Positions 18,549 to 28,451 of a DNA stretch of 64,000 nt are shown here, piece after piece. The stretch lies in assembly GCA_963768855.1 (NCBI GenBank), contig CAVYJM010000010.1, forward strand, positions 1-64,000, given 5' to 3'. Every line of letters starts with the position of its first letter. The stretch's first letter is position 1. The notes under the pieces were generated by a model. That model ran no database searches. It had not been told where the DNA came from and saw only the letters and a program-made list of their open reading frames with translations. This DNA comes from an uncultured Thermoplasmata archaeon. Lineage in GTDB: Archaea; Thermoplasmatota; Thermoplasmata; RBG-16-68-12. The position numbers and the translations under genes were made by a program.

Positions 18549-19493
18549 ATGGTCTACGACGTCGTCGTCGTAGGGGGAGGCCCGGCGGGCCTGACCGCGG
18601 GGATCTACGCGAGGACGCGGAGCCTTTCGACCCTGATCCTGGAAGCCCAGGCGATGGGGGGCCAGCTGGCCTGGCTCTACCCTACGAAGTCCGTGTACGA
18701 CTACCCGAGCTACATTGCGATCGAGGGCGGCGAGCTCGGAGAGCTCTTCACGATGCACGCCCGCGAGAGCGGCGCGGAGATGGTGACCGGGGAGATGGTC
18801 GACCTGAAGCGGGACGGCCAGATCTTCCACATCGCGACCCGGGACGGGACGACGTACGACGCCCGAGCGGTCATCCTGGCGGTGGGCATGGGGCTGTTCG
18901 AGCCCAAGCGCTTGGACATCCCCGGCGAGACAGAGCTCGAGGGCAAGGGCGTCACGTACCAGGTCAAGGACCGCCACGAGTTCCGGGGCAAGCGCGTGCT
19001 GATCGTCGGCGGCGGCGACAGCGCCCTGGAGTACGCGCTCGAGATCGTCGCGTCCGCGAAGGAGGTGACCCTGGTCCACCGACGCGGCGAGTTCCGCGCG
19101 ATGGAGAAGAACGTGGAGGCGGTCAAGAAGGCGCCCATCCAAGTTGTGTTCAACGCCGAGCTGACGTCGATCGAAGGGGACGGCAGCGTGGAGCGGGCCG
19201 TCGTCTACGACAACCGGACGCTGAAGAAGACCGTCTTCGAGATCGACACGGTCCTGATCAACATCGGCTTCGAGCCGAAGATCACGCCGCTGCCCAAGTG
19301 GGGGATCGCTCTGGAGGGCGAGCGGCTCATCAAGGTGAAGGCCGACATGTCCACGTCCGTACCGGGCGTGTATGCGTGCGGCGACATCGTCTCCTATCCG
19401 GGGAAGGACAAACGCATTGTGACGGCGTGCGGGGAGGCCGTGACCGCGGTCATGTCCGTCTACAAGTACCTCAAGTCACCGTACTGGGCGTGA
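18549..19493 (+). CDS. Thioredoxin-reductase-like flavoprotein lacking CXXC (ferredoxin-NADP+ reductase, YumC-type)
   Basis: FAD 'GGGPAG', NADPH 'GGGDSA', 'GVYACGD'; 'GVTYQV' where TrxB has CxxC. Confidence 0.75.
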   Translation: MVYDVVVVGGGPAGLTAGIYARTRSLSTLILEAQAMGGQLAWLYPTKSVYDYPSYIAIEGGELGELFTMHARESGAEMVTGEMVDLKRDGQIFHIATRDGTTYDARAVILAVGMGLFEPKRLDIPGETELEGKGVTYQVKDRHEFRGKRVLIVGGGDSALEYALEIVASAKEVTLVHRRGEFRAMEKNVEAVKKAPIQVVFNAELTSIEGDGSVERAVVYDNRTLKKTVFEIDTVLINIGFEPKITPLPKWGIALEGERLIKVKADMSTSVPGVYACGDIVSYPGKDKRIVTACGEAVTAVMSVYKYLKSPYWA

Positions 19494-20136
19494 GGGCGCG
19501 CATCAGGGGCGGCAGTGCCGCGGGCGTTTCGACGAGGTACCCCACCCCCGCCTCCTCGAGTCGCGCGCGGGTCCCGTAGCCCCACGTGACTCCGATCGTC
19601 ACCGCTCCCGCGTCGCGGCCCGCCTGGACGTCGTTCTCCGTGTCTCCGACGACCGCGCAGGCGGAGACGGGGACCTTCAGGGCCTCCGCGGCCTGGAGGA
19701 CCGGGTCGGGAGCGGGCTTCTTGTGCGCGACGGAGTCCCCGCCGAGGACGAGCGCGAACCGATCCTCCAACCCGGCGAGGCGGAGGGCCTCCAAGGTCGT
19801 GTCGTGACGCTTGTTCGTGATTGTCGCGAGCTGCCAGGCTCCGAGCGAGGATAGCATCTCCCGTACGCCGGCGTAGGTCCGCACGCCGCGCCCGAGCGAG
19901 GCGGCCTCGCTCCGCTGGAACTCCCGGACCGCGGCGGTCAGGAGCTCTCCCGAGAGCCCGCACCGCTCCGCGTAGATCATCTCGATGGGTGTGCCGATCC
20001 ACCGGGCCCCTTCGACGCCGGACATCGCTCGGGAGCCGATGGCGGACAGGCCGTCGTCGAACGCGGCGATCCAAGCGTCCCGCGTGTCGAGGAGAGTCCC
20101 GTCCACGTCGAAGAGGACTGCCTGAAGGGCGACCAC
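19471..20136 (-). CDS. HAD-superfamily hydrolase (phosphoglycolate-phosphatase-like)
   Basis: 'FDVDGTLLD', 'TITNK', 'KKPAPD', 'VGDTENDVQAG'. Confidence 0.85.
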   Translation of the reverse strand: MVALQAVLFDVDGTLLDTRDAWIAAFDDGLSAIGSRAMSGVEGARWIGTPIEMIYAERCGLSGELLTAAVREFQRSEAASLGRGVRTYAGVREMLSSLGAWQLATITNKRHDTTLEALRLAGLEDRFALVLGGDSVAHKKPAPDPVLQAAEALKVPVSACAVVGDTENDVQAGRDAGAVTIGVTWGYGTRARLEEAGVGYLVETPAALPPLMRALTPSTVT

Positions 20137-20137
20137 G

Positions 20138-20635
20138 TCACGACTCCTCCTCCCCGAGGCGCCAGAGGTCGTCCCCGACGTGGTGGATCGTCTCGATCGC
20201 CTTGCCGCGCTCCTCGCGGGCCATCGTCGGGCCATCCATGATCGCGCGGCCGACCGCCAGGGGGCGACGGTTCTTCTCATCCCGGACCCAAACGAGGTCT
20301 CCCGCCCGGATGGCGGGGTCCGCGTCCACGATCCCCGGCGCCATGACATCCGCGCCGTTGTAGACAAAGGGGACCGCTCCCATGTCGACCGTGACGTGGC
20401 GCTTGCTGGCCGGGAAAGCGAGGAGGCCGCGAACGGTAGGTCCGACCGTTTCGCCCAGGACCAGGGCGACCGCCTCGTCGTCGAGGAGCAGGAGGCGCAT
20501 CTCCCCCGCGTCCGCCGCATCGATCGGAGTCTCATCGGAGGGCATCGCCATCCCAAAGTCCTCGCCGAGTCGACGGAACCACGCCTCGACTTCCTTGCGC
20601 CGGAGGCGGGTGCGGTGGCGCACCCTCAGGACCAT
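20138..20635 (-). CDS. PUA-domain RNA-binding protein
   Basis: 'VTVDMGAVPFV.NGADVMAPGI..ADP.I..GD.V.V.DE....PLAVG', 'GKAIETIHHVGD'. Confidence 0.8.
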   Translation of the reverse strand: MVLRVRHRTRLRRKEVEAWFRRLGEDFGMAMPSDETPIDAADAGEMRLLLLDDEAVALVLGETVGPTVRGLLAFPASKRHVTVDMGAVPFVYNGADVMAPGIVDADPAIRAGDLVWVRDEKNRRPLAVGRAIMDGPTMAREERGKAIETIHHVGDDLWRLGEEES

Positions 20636-20720
20636 TGGAGGCCCTCATGAGCCCGAAGAAGATAACCCTTGCTCGGATTGGCGAGCCTGTCTTTTATCCA
20701 TATGAAAGAATAAAAGGCTC

Positions 20721-22847
20721 CTACCCTGACGCGGGCGTCAGGTCCCGGAGACGGAGGGCCCGCTCGAGGTGCGGGTCCAGATCGAGCGCCCGGTCGAGCA
20801 GGCGGCGGGCCTTCGCCTCCTGGCCGCAAGACCGCCAGGCGACCGCAGCATCGCACCAGTATTCCGGGTCGGCCGGGTTGAGCCCGAGCGCGGCGTCGAA
20901 GCACCCGGCGGCCTCCTTCGATCGGCCGTCGGCGAGGAGGAGCTTCCCCTTGCGGTGGTAGGCGACGTCCCGGACCGCGGGATCGACGCGGACCGCGGCG
21001 TCGCAGGCGGCGAGGGCTTCCTCCCTCCGGCCGAGGGCGTGCAGCCAGTCCGCCCGGAGGAGCTGGGACGCCGCGTCCAGATCGGAGTCGTCGCCTAGGG
21101 TCTCGACCGCCGCGTCCGTGCGGCCCAGGGCCGCCAGGGCACGCGCCCGGTCGACCCGCGTGCCGACGTCGTCCTGAAGGGCGGCGGCTTTCTCCAGGAA
21201 CGGCAGGGCGCGCTCCGGGTCTCCGCGGGTGAGCCAGGCTCGGCCCGCTGCGCGCCATCCGCGCGGATCCTCGGGGAACCGCACCCGGGCCTCGTCCGCG
21301 GGGGCCAGCGCGTCCGACCCGCGGCCCGCTCGGATGAGGGCGTCGGCCAGGGCGGCGAAGGGCTCGGCGTCCTTGGCGCGGGACGCTGCGGCGGCGTACG
21401 CCTCGAGGGCGTCCTCCGTCCGCGCAAGCTCGTCCAGGAGGCGAGCCTTCCGCAGCCACAGCGACGCGTCCGCCGCATCCATCTCGAGTCCGGCGTCGAA
21501 GCAGCCCAGGGCCTCCTCGTAGCATCGCTCCGCCTCGAGGGCGTTCCCGATCTCCTCGAGCACCTGGCCGCGGAAGATCCACGCATCCTCGAACCCGGGG
21601 TTCAGGATGAGCGCGTTGTTGAGCGCGTCTCGGCACTCCTCGAGGCGGCCCAGCGCGCGCAGGGCCTCCGCCTTGGCCATCCAAGCGTGGTCGTAGTTCG
21701 GGTTGAGCTCGAGGCTCTGGGTGATGAGCTCCAGTCCCTCCTCGTGGCGGCCGAGCTTGTGGAGGCTCTCGCCCTTCGCGTACAGCGCGTAGTCGAAGTC
21801 CGGCTTGATCTCGAGGGACTTGTCGTGGTACGTCAGCGATTCGGCCCACTTCCCCATCTTGTTGAGCGCGTTCCCGATGTTGTTCCACGCAATCTCGTAC
21901 TTCGGGTTGACCTCGAGGGCCTTCTCGAAGTAGGGGATCGACTCCTCGTATCGCCCGAGGTTGTACAGGGCGTTCCCCAGGTTGTTCCAGAGGACCTCGT
22001 CGCCCACGTCGAACTCGAGGGCCTTCTGGTAACAGACGACGGCCTCCTCGAGGCGGTCGATGCCGTGCAGCGTGTATCCCTTGTTGTACCACGCGGCCTT
22101 GTAGTGCGGGTCCAGGGCGATCGCCCGGTCGTAGCATCGGAGCGCCTCGTCGTGGATGCCGAGCATGAAGAACGTGAAGCCTTTGTTGTTCCACGCCGGC
22201 GCGTCGTTCGGGTCGATCTCGAGCGCTCGGTCGTACGCCTCGACTGCCTCTTCGTATCGCTCGAGGGCGAAGCGCGCATCGCCGAGCGCGGACCACGCCG
22301 TGCGGACCTTCGGGTCGAGGCCCACCGCGGCCTCGAGGGCCTCGGCCGCCTCCTGGGGGCGGTCCAGATCGAGGAGCAGGCGACCCTTCCGCACCCAGGC
22401 CGTCCCGTTCTTCGGATCGCGGCGCAGGAAGTCCTCGTACAGGGCGACCGCAGACTTCGCGCGCCCCAGGTGGGCGAGGGCCGCCGCCTTGTCGAAGAGC
22501 ACCTCCGCGTAGTCCGGGCGGAGGGCGAGGGCGCGGTCGTACGCCTTCAGGGCATCCTCGAAGCGGCCCAGGTGGGCCTGCGCGTTCCCGAGGTTGTACC
22601 ACGCGACGTCGTAGTCCGCCTTCCGGCCCAGCGCCTTGCGGTACGAGTCGAGGGCATCCTCGTCCCGGCCGAGGCCGTCGAGCGCCACGCCGCGGTTGTT
22701 CCAGAGCACGTGATCCTCGTAGCCCAGGGCGACGGCGCGGTCGTAGCACTCGACCGCGTCCTCGTAGCGGTGTGCGTCGCAGAGGTCGTTCCCGCGAAGG
22801 AACTCCGACTCCCCGCGGGCGAGGTCCTCGGGCGGGGACGGGGGCAT
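20721..22847 (-). CDS. Tetratricopeptide-repeat protein
   Basis: Many 34-aa repeats such as 'AWYNLGNA..LGR.EDA..AYDRAL.L.P'. Confidence 0.9.
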   Translation of the reverse strand: MPPSPPEDLARGESEFLRGNDLCDAHRYEDAVECYDRAVALGYEDHVLWNNRGVALDGLGRDEDALDSYRKALGRKADYDVAWYNLGNAQAHLGRFEDALKAYDRALALRPDYAEVLFDKAAALAHLGRAKSAVALYEDFLRRDPKNGTAWVRKGRLLLDLDRPQEAAEALEAAVGLDPKVRTAWSALGDARFALERYEEAVEAYDRALEIDPNDAPAWNNKGFTFFMLGIHDEALRCYDRAIALDPHYKAAWYNKGYTLHGIDRLEEAVVCYQKALEFDVGDEVLWNNLGNALYNLGRYEESIPYFEKALEVNPKYEIAWNNIGNALNKMGKWAESLTYHDKSLEIKPDFDYALYAKGESLHKLGRHEEGLELITQSLELNPNYDHAWMAKAEALRALGRLEECRDALNNALILNPGFEDAWIFRGQVLEEIGNALEAERCYEEALGCFDAGLEMDAADASLWLRKARLLDELARTEDALEAYAAAASRAKDAEPFAALADALIRAGRGSDALAPADEARVRFPEDPRGWRAAGRAWLTRGDPERALPFLEKAAALQDDVGTRVDRARALAALGRTDAAVETLGDDSDLDAASQLLRADWLHALGRREEALAACDAAVRVDPAVRDVAYHRKGKLLLADGRSKEAAGCFDAALGLNPADPEYWCDAAVAWRSCGQEAKARRLLDRALDLDPHLERALRLRDLTPASG

Positions 22848-22975
22848 GGAGGGCTTCCATCCGGGAGGGCTTGCTTAAACTTTCCGCGGCGGCCCTCCGT
22901 CCTGAGAGCGTCCCGGGTGCCGCGGACTCAGATTTAAGTAGCGACACCCCCTTGAACCCGGTTCAGGGCGCGTCC

Positions 22976-24052
22976 TTGACGACCTTCGATGTAGAGTCCT
23001 TCTCCAAGACGAAGGCCATGGAACTTCCGCGCTACGTCGTCGTGGGCCACGACGGCATCCTGCAGACGGGCGACGTCTGCGCGTCCCTCAAGCTCGGGCG
23101 GAAGGCGCTCCTCGTGGCCGACGAGATCACGATGAAGGTCGCAGGTGCGACCGTCGTCGACTCCCTAGCGAAGAAGCGTATCAAGACGCAGATCTTCCTG
23201 ATCCCCGATGCCACGATGGAGGAAGTCCGAGAGGCGGAGGACCTCATCCGGAAGGGCAACTTCGATTTCGCCCTCGGCGTCGGGGGCGGCCGGCCTATCG
23301 ACGTTGCGAAGTGCGCGTCCTTCAACGCCGGCGTGCCGTTCGTCAGCGTGCCGACCGCGGCGAGCCACGACGGCGTCGTGTCGTCCCGCGCCTCGATCAC
23401 GAAGGGCGGCGAGAAGGTGAGCCTCGCCGCGCAGACGCCCATCGCGGTCATCATGGACACGGGGATCATCGCCGAATCGCCGTTCCGCCTCCTCGCCGCG
23501 GGATGCGGGGACATCATCTCGAACCTCTCCGCGGTGAAGGACTGGGCCCTCGCTCGGAACCTGAGGAATGAGTACTATTCCTCGTACGCAGCTGCGCTGA
23601 GCGAGCTGGCCGCGCACCTCGTAATCGAGAACGCCCCGACGATCAAGCCGCGGCTCGAGGAAAGCGCCTGGTTCGTGTGCAAGGCGCTCGTGTCGAGCGG
23701 GGTGGCGATGTCCATCGCGGGTTCCTCCCGGCCCGCGTCGGGGAGCGAACACAAGTTCTCCCACGCGCTTGACCGCGTCGCGAAGAAGCCGGCGCTGCAT
23801 GGGGAGCAGTGCGGGGTCGGGACGATCATGATGATGTACCTCCACGCCGGGAACTGGGAGGAGGTGCGGGACGCCCTCCTGGCGATCGGCGCGCCCACGA
23901 CGGCCCACGCGCTCGGGGTCACGGACGACGAGGTCGTCCAGGCGCTCGTCCACGCGCACGAGATCGCGAGGGACCGCTATACGATCCTGGGGGACACGGG
24001 CCTCACGGAGGAAGCCGCCGAGCGGCTCGCGCGAATCACGAAGGTCATCTGA
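22976..24052 (+). CDS. egsA: sn-glycerol-1-phosphate dehydrogenase
   Basis: 'GVGGGRPIDVAK', 'VPTAASHDG', 'SSRPASGSEHKFSHALD', 'LHGEQCGVG'; start approximate (TTG 22976 or ATG 23018). Confidence 0.92.
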   Translation: MTTFDVESFSKTKAMELPRYVVVGHDGILQTGDVCASLKLGRKALLVADEITMKVAGATVVDSLAKKRIKTQIFLIPDATMEEVREAEDLIRKGNFDFALGVGGGRPIDVAKCASFNAGVPFVSVPTAASHDGVVSSRASITKGGEKVSLAAQTPIAVIMDTGIIAESPFRLLAAGCGDIISNLSAVKDWALARNLRNEYYSSYAAALSELAAHLVIENAPTIKPRLEESAWFVCKALVSSGVAMSIAGSSRPASGSEHKFSHALDRVAKKPALHGEQCGVGTIMMMYLHAGNWEEVRDALLAIGAPTTAHALGVTDDEVVQALVHAHEIARDRYTILGDTGLTEEAAERLARITKVI

Positions 24053-24785
24053 GCACGCCGAACTTGTCCCGCGAGTCGATGAGCCGATCGACGAACGGTT
24101 CGATGTCGATCGTGAGCCCATATTTCCGGAAGTACGCTCCGAGCGCGTCGAGGCCGTGCCAGAGCGCCTCGGTCGCCTCGGTGAGGCGGATCCATGCGGA
24201 CGTCCCGATCCGGTCGACCCGGAGGCCCTCGCTGAAGTCGATGAACCAAGGCTCGCCCTGATGGACGAGGATGTTGAAGGCGCTAAGGTCGCCATGGACC
24301 ACTCCGGCCCGGGCGAGGGACTCGACCCCGGCGAGCACCGCCTCGAGGAAGCGGTCGGGATCCTCGAGCCTCACGTCCTGGAGCCGGGGAGAGGGCCCAT
24401 CCTCCCCGCCGAGGTACCGCATGGAGAACATGTTCTCGACGCGTCGGGCGGGCGCGGGCACGCGCGCGCCTCCTCTCCAAGCCTGGCGGGTGATCTCGAA
24501 CTCGTGCGCAGCGCGCCAGCCCATCGAATCAGCCTTGATGGGCCCGCCTCCGCGGTGGGAGGTGCGGTAGAGGCGGCACACCTTGATCGCGAGCGGCGCT
24601 CCCTGGTAGCGCCCCAGGTAGACGTCCGCCTCCTTGCCTGCGTTGATGAGGCCGACGACCTCGGTCGCGAGGCCGGAGGAGAGGATGGCCTCCGACGTGG
24701 AGCGGTACCCCGACTCGTGTAGGTCGAGCGTTCCCGCCTTGATGCGCCACTGGACGCTCGCGTCCAGGTATGGTGTGTTCGGCAT
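24045..24785 (-). CDS. RIO1-family atypical Ser/Thr kinase
   Basis: 'INAGKEADVY', 'AIK', 'VVHGDLSAFNIL', 'FIDFSEG'. Confidence 0.85.
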   Translation of the reverse strand: MPNTPYLDASVQWRIKAGTLDLHESGYRSTSEAILSSGLATEVVGLINAGKEADVYLGRYQGAPLAIKVCRLYRTSHRGGGPIKADSMGWRAAHEFEITRQAWRGGARVPAPARRVENMFSMRYLGGEDGPSPRLQDVRLEDPDRFLEAVLAGVESLARAGVVHGDLSAFNILVHQGEPWFIDFSEGLRVDRIGTSAWIRLTEATEALWHGLDALGAYFRKYGLTIDIEPFVDRLIDSRDKFGVLR

Positions 24786-25043
24786 TCCCTGGCTCTCGAT
24801 GTCAACGATGACAGCGTTCGCACAGCAAGCTCACGAACGCCGGAGAGCCGAGGACGATCTCACGCGGCTCCCGGCGTCGCTCGGAAAACCCATTCGGACA
24901 TCATCGCCGGGAACCTCCTGGTCCACTGGACCAGCCCTCCAAAACGACGACCCCTAGATGAAGGTGCCGCCCCAGTCAGGGCCGGCACAGCGGTCGACGG
25001 TGGGCTTAAGTCCGACCGGAGCGTAGAGCCACCGGGGAGCCTC

Positions 25044-25478
25044 GTGGCCCAGATCACCTTGGTGGGGGAGCGGCAGGCCGTCGAGGGCCACGAGTTCGTG
25101 TACCGTGGGCCGCAACCCGAGTGCCGCGAGTGCCGCGTGAAGGCGGCATGCCTCAATCAGGACGTCGGGCGACGATATCGGATCACGCATGTCCGCGACG
25201 TGAGCCATCCCTGCCTGCTGAACGAGGAGCGCGCTCGCGTTGTCGAGGTCGAGGCGGCGCCCCCGGAATGCAGCGTCCCTGTTCGCGCCGCGGTCGAGGG
25301 CGCGCTTGTCAGCTACGAGCCGCTCCTTTGCTCGAACGTGGCCTGCCCGAACTACCGCCTGTGCCATCCCATCGGCATCCAGGCGGGTCAGCGCCTGCAG
25401 GTTCAGGATGTCGGACGGGAGCTCGACTGCCCCCTCGGCTACGACATCGTGCCCGTCCACGTCGCGTATTCGGAGTGA
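25044..25478 (+). CDS. UPF0179-family Cys-rich archaeal protein
   Basis: 'ITLVGE..A..G.EFVY.G...EC.EC.VK..C.N...GRRY.I..VR...H.C'. Confidence 0.75.
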   Translation: MAQITLVGERQAVEGHEFVYRGPQPECRECRVKAACLNQDVGRRYRITHVRDVSHPCLLNEERARVVEVEAAPPECSVPVRAAVEGALVSYEPLLCSNVACPNYRLCHPIGIQAGQRLQVQDVGRELDCPLGYDIVPVHVAYSE

Positions 25479-25488
25479 TGGCTCATCC

Positions 25489-25911
25489 ATGAAAGCGTCC
25501 CTGCCGCGGCGCATGACGCTCCACGCGATCGAGGCTGCGTTCCTGACTCTGGACTACCGCGTGAAGCGGGAGACCTTCGACCTCGTCGCGTTCAAGCCGC
25601 TCCTTCGCGGCCGGCGGTTCCACATGCGGCTCGAGACCCACGGCCTCGAGACCGTGCCCAAGGGATCGGAGATCGACCTCCACGTCGATTTCCTGCGGGA
25701 GAACGCCCACGCGAGCTTCCACGGCTCCCAGGCGGAGTCCGAGGCGATCGCGTTCGAGATGGCGCAACTACTCGGCGCGCTAGGTCGCCAAGACCCGAAC
25801 CGCTCGAGGCCCCGCGTGCGCTGCCCGGACTGCGGCAAGGAGTTCGGACAGGACGTGTTCCAGGCGCACCGCGCGGTCGTCCACGGGCGTCAGGGGAACC
25901 CGCGGCTGTAA
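25489..25911 (+). CDS. Hypothetical protein with C-terminal C2H2-like zinc finger
   Basis: 'CPDCGKEF......HRAVVH' at the C-terminus. Confidence 0.5.
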   Translation: MKASLPRRMTLHAIEAAFLTLDYRVKRETFDLVAFKPLLRGRRFHMRLETHGLETVPKGSEIDLHVDFLRENAHASFHGSQAESEAIAFEMAQLLGALGRQDPNRSRPRVRCPDCGKEFGQDVFQAHRAVVHGRQGNPRL

Positions 25912-26333
25912 ATCGTGCGCCCCGTGTTCCGGAAGCCCAGGGACTTCCAGAATGCCGCCGCCGCGGCGTTCGTCGGGAGGACCTCCAAGTCGATCTGGTC
26001 CACGTGCATCGCTTTCGCCTCGTCCACGAGCTTCGTGGCGAGCGCGCGCCCGATGCCTTTGCGGCGCAGGGTCGGATCGACGTAGAAATCGTTGACGACC
26101 AGGACGCGTCCGAGCTCCGCGGACGGCTGGTAGACCGCCAATGCGATGCCCACGACGGCACGCTTCTCGCGGGCGACGAGGAGGACGCCACCAACTCGGT
26201 TTCGAAGGAGCTGGTCCACGGCCCAGGAGATCCGCTCGGGCCGCGGCTTCACGCCCTCGCTCGCGTGATAGGCTGCGATGAGACGCTCGACGTCCGGGCG
26301 GTCCGGGGGGACGGCGCGATCGACGAGCACCAT
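25890..26333 (-). CDS. GNAT-family acetyltransferase
   Basis: 'VNDFYVDPTLRRKGIGRAL', 'LEVLPTNAAA.AFWKSLGF'. Confidence 0.85.
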   Translation of the reverse strand: MVLVDRAVPPDRPDVERLIAAYHASEGVKPRPERISWAVDQLLRNRVGGVLLVAREKRAVVGIALAVYQPSAELGRVLVVNDFYVDPTLRRKGIGRALATKLVDEAKAMHVDQIDLEVLPTNAAAAAFWKSLGFRNTGRTIYSRGFP

Positions 26334-26380
26334 GGCGCTTCGCGAGTCAGGTCTCCCGTATAAGGGTTACGAGGCATCAA

Positions 26381-27649
26381 TCAGAAGAGGGTCACGCGGA
26401 CGGTCTCTCCCTTCTCCACGAGGTCGACGTTCGCGGGAATCTCGATGTAGCCGTCCGCATGCGCCATCGACGTGATCGCGCCGCTCTCCTTGTAGGCGGG
26501 AACGGCCACCCCGTCGACGATGCGCACGGTGTGGAACTCGACACGGCCGAGGGCGCTCGTCAACCGCTTCGCGAGCGGCGCCTCGACGACGCGCTCGACG
26601 GCGGGCGGGAGACGGGCCATGCGCCGCAGCATCGGAGCCAGGATGAGGTAGCAGTTGCTCAGGCACGACGTCGGGTAGCCGGGCATTCCGAGGACCGCCT
26701 TGCCCTCGACGCGACCGAGGACGGTCGGCTTGCCCGGCTTGACCGCGACCCCGTGGAACAGGAGGTCTCCCATCTCTCGGAGCACGTCGATGATCATATC
26801 CTTCTCGCCGACGCTGGAACCGCCGCTGAAGACGACGAGATCCTCTCGGACCGCCTTCGCGAGGGCGTCATGGAGAGCGTCGAGGCGGTCTGCGACGCGG
26901 CCCTGGAGGACCGGCTCCCCGCCGTTCTCCCGCACAATCGAGGACATCGTGTTCGCGTTGATGTCGTACACCTGGCCAGGGCGGATTGGATGCCCGGGCG
27001 GCACGACCTCGTCGCCCGTCGTGAGGATTGCGACCCTCGGCCTCGCATAGACGGAGACGCGATCCCGACCGATTGCCGCGAGCGCACCCACCTTCGCCGG
27101 GGTGAGCCATTCGCCCAGCGTGACGACGAGGGAGCCCTTGCGGATGTCCTCTCCCTGGCCTGAGACGTTCTCCCGCGGATGCACGGGGCGGTATACCTTG
27201 ACGACGTCCTTCTCGCGCTCCGTGTCCTCGACCATGACAACCGCGTCCGCTCCGCGAGGCAGGGTCGCACCCGTCGCGACCTCCGTGCACCGTCCCTTCG
27301 TCACGCGCTTCGCCGGCACGCCGTCCGCGTAGACTGTCTCCAGGATTCGGAGGACCATGGGCTTGAACTTCCCCGCGCGGAACGTCTCGCGGGCGACGAC
27401 GGCGTACCCGTCCATCGCCGCGCGGTCTGCCAGGGGCACGTCGATCGGCGAGCGGACGTCCTCCGCGTTCACCCGGCGGAGAGACTCGAGGAGCGGGACC
27501 GTTTCGTGGCGCTCCAGTGGGACGGCGAGGTCCATGCACATCGTGAGCGCCTCGTCGAGGGCGATGAGCGCCTTGAGCGGGCGCATGCCGTGGCCCGGGT
27601 GCTCGCGGTCGTCGTGATCGTGCCCGCGGTGCGCGGTCGCTCGGTTCAT
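26381..27649 (-). CDS. moeA: Molybdopterin molybdotransferase MoeA with His-rich N-terminal extension
   Basis: 'AAMDGYAV', 'TGA.LP.GADAVVMVED', 'TGDEV', 'SGGSSVG', 'VKPGKPT', 'GMPGYPTS'; ATGA overlap with moaB. Confidence 0.92.
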   Translation of the reverse strand: MNRATAHRGHDHDDREHPGHGMRPLKALIALDEALTMCMDLAVPLERHETVPLLESLRRVNAEDVRSPIDVPLADRAAMDGYAVVARETFRAGKFKPMVLRILETVYADGVPAKRVTKGRCTEVATGATLPRGADAVVMVEDTEREKDVVKVYRPVHPRENVSGQGEDIRKGSLVVTLGEWLTPAKVGALAAIGRDRVSVYARPRVAILTTGDEVVPPGHPIRPGQVYDINANTMSSIVRENGGEPVLQGRVADRLDALHDALAKAVREDLVVFSGGSSVGEKDMIIDVLREMGDLLFHGVAVKPGKPTVLGRVEGKAVLGMPGYPTSCLSNCYLILAPMLRRMARLPPAVERVVEAPLAKRLTSALGRVEFHTVRIVDGVAVPAYKESGAITSMAHADGYIEIPANVDLVEKGETVRVTLF

Positions 27650-28146
27650 CGGTTCATCACCCCGACCGCATGCCCGAGCTCCGGGAGAATGAGCTTCTCC
27701 ATCGCGAGGCGGCACGCGTCGGGCGAGCCAGGGAGGCAGAACACGATCCGGCCATGGTACACGCCTGCGGTGGCCCCGGAGAGCCAGGCCGCGCTCCCAA
27801 TCGAGTCATAGGAAAGGCGCCGAAACAGTTCGCCGAAGCCGGGGAGCGTGCGCTCGAACTGCGGGGCCAGCGTCGGAATCGTCACGTCGCGTCGCCCGAG
27901 CCCGGTGCCCCCGTTCGTGATGATTGCCTCGCAGGTCCACGACGCCTGCTCGACTGCATCGGAGATGGCCTTCGGCTCGTCCTTGACGACCACGTAGAAG
28001 AGGACCGCGTGGCCCGCCTTGAGGAGGAGCTCACGGATGAGCCTGCCCGAGTCATCTGTCGCCTCTGTGCGGCTGTCCGAACTCGTGACGATCCCACATT
28101 TCACGGAAGCGGGAGCGTGGTCCTTGTGGTCCTGATGGACGGGCAT
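27646..28146 (-). CDS. moaB: Molybdopterin adenylyltransferase MoaB/MogA
   Basis: 'TSSDSR', 'DDSG', 'TNGGTGLGRRDVT', 'LPGFGELFR', 'CLPGSP'. Confidence 0.9.
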   Translation of the reverse strand: MPVHQDHKDHAPASVKCGIVTSSDSRTEATDDSGRLIRELLLKAGHAVLFYVVVKDEPKAISDAVEQASWTCEAIITNGGTGLGRRDVTIPTLAPQFERTLPGFGELFRRLSYDSIGSAAWLSGATAGVYHGRIVFCLPGSPDACRLAMEKLILPELGHAVGVMNR

Positions 28147-28192
28147 GCGCCAGAGGAGAAGACCAGCCAAGGTCAAAAGGTTCGTCCCGCAG

Positions 28193-28214
28193 GTTAACCT
28201 TATTCAAGGTTGAC
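28193..28214. promoter_or_regulatory. Palindrome copy 2: GTTAACCTT-ATTC-AAGGTTGAC
   Basis: 47 bp upstream of the moaB ATG (minus strand), at the left edge of the more A/T-rich accessory block. Confidence 0.75.
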
Positions 28215-28451
28215 GCAGATTTCTCCCCGACACTTCCGGAATGGCGTCTGATTGAGGCTGCGCACGTCTCACCATCCCGTGACGTGTTCGCGGACTGGCT
28301 CCGAGTGCAGTCGAGCCCAGGATGAATCCACACGAACGCTGGAATCGCGGGAACCGAATCTGCCGCCAAGAACCCCCGCTGAACCGTCTAATACGGAGCG
28401 CGACATTGCCGCGGCGTGCCCTCCGCACGTGTCGAACCAACCCGTGCAGGG

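Noticed and set aside
24786-25043. Possible ncRNA (C/D-box or riboswitch) in the intergenic gap before the RIO kinase
   Set aside because: A C-box-like GATGATG is present but no D box (CTGA) and no recognisable riboswitch consensus.
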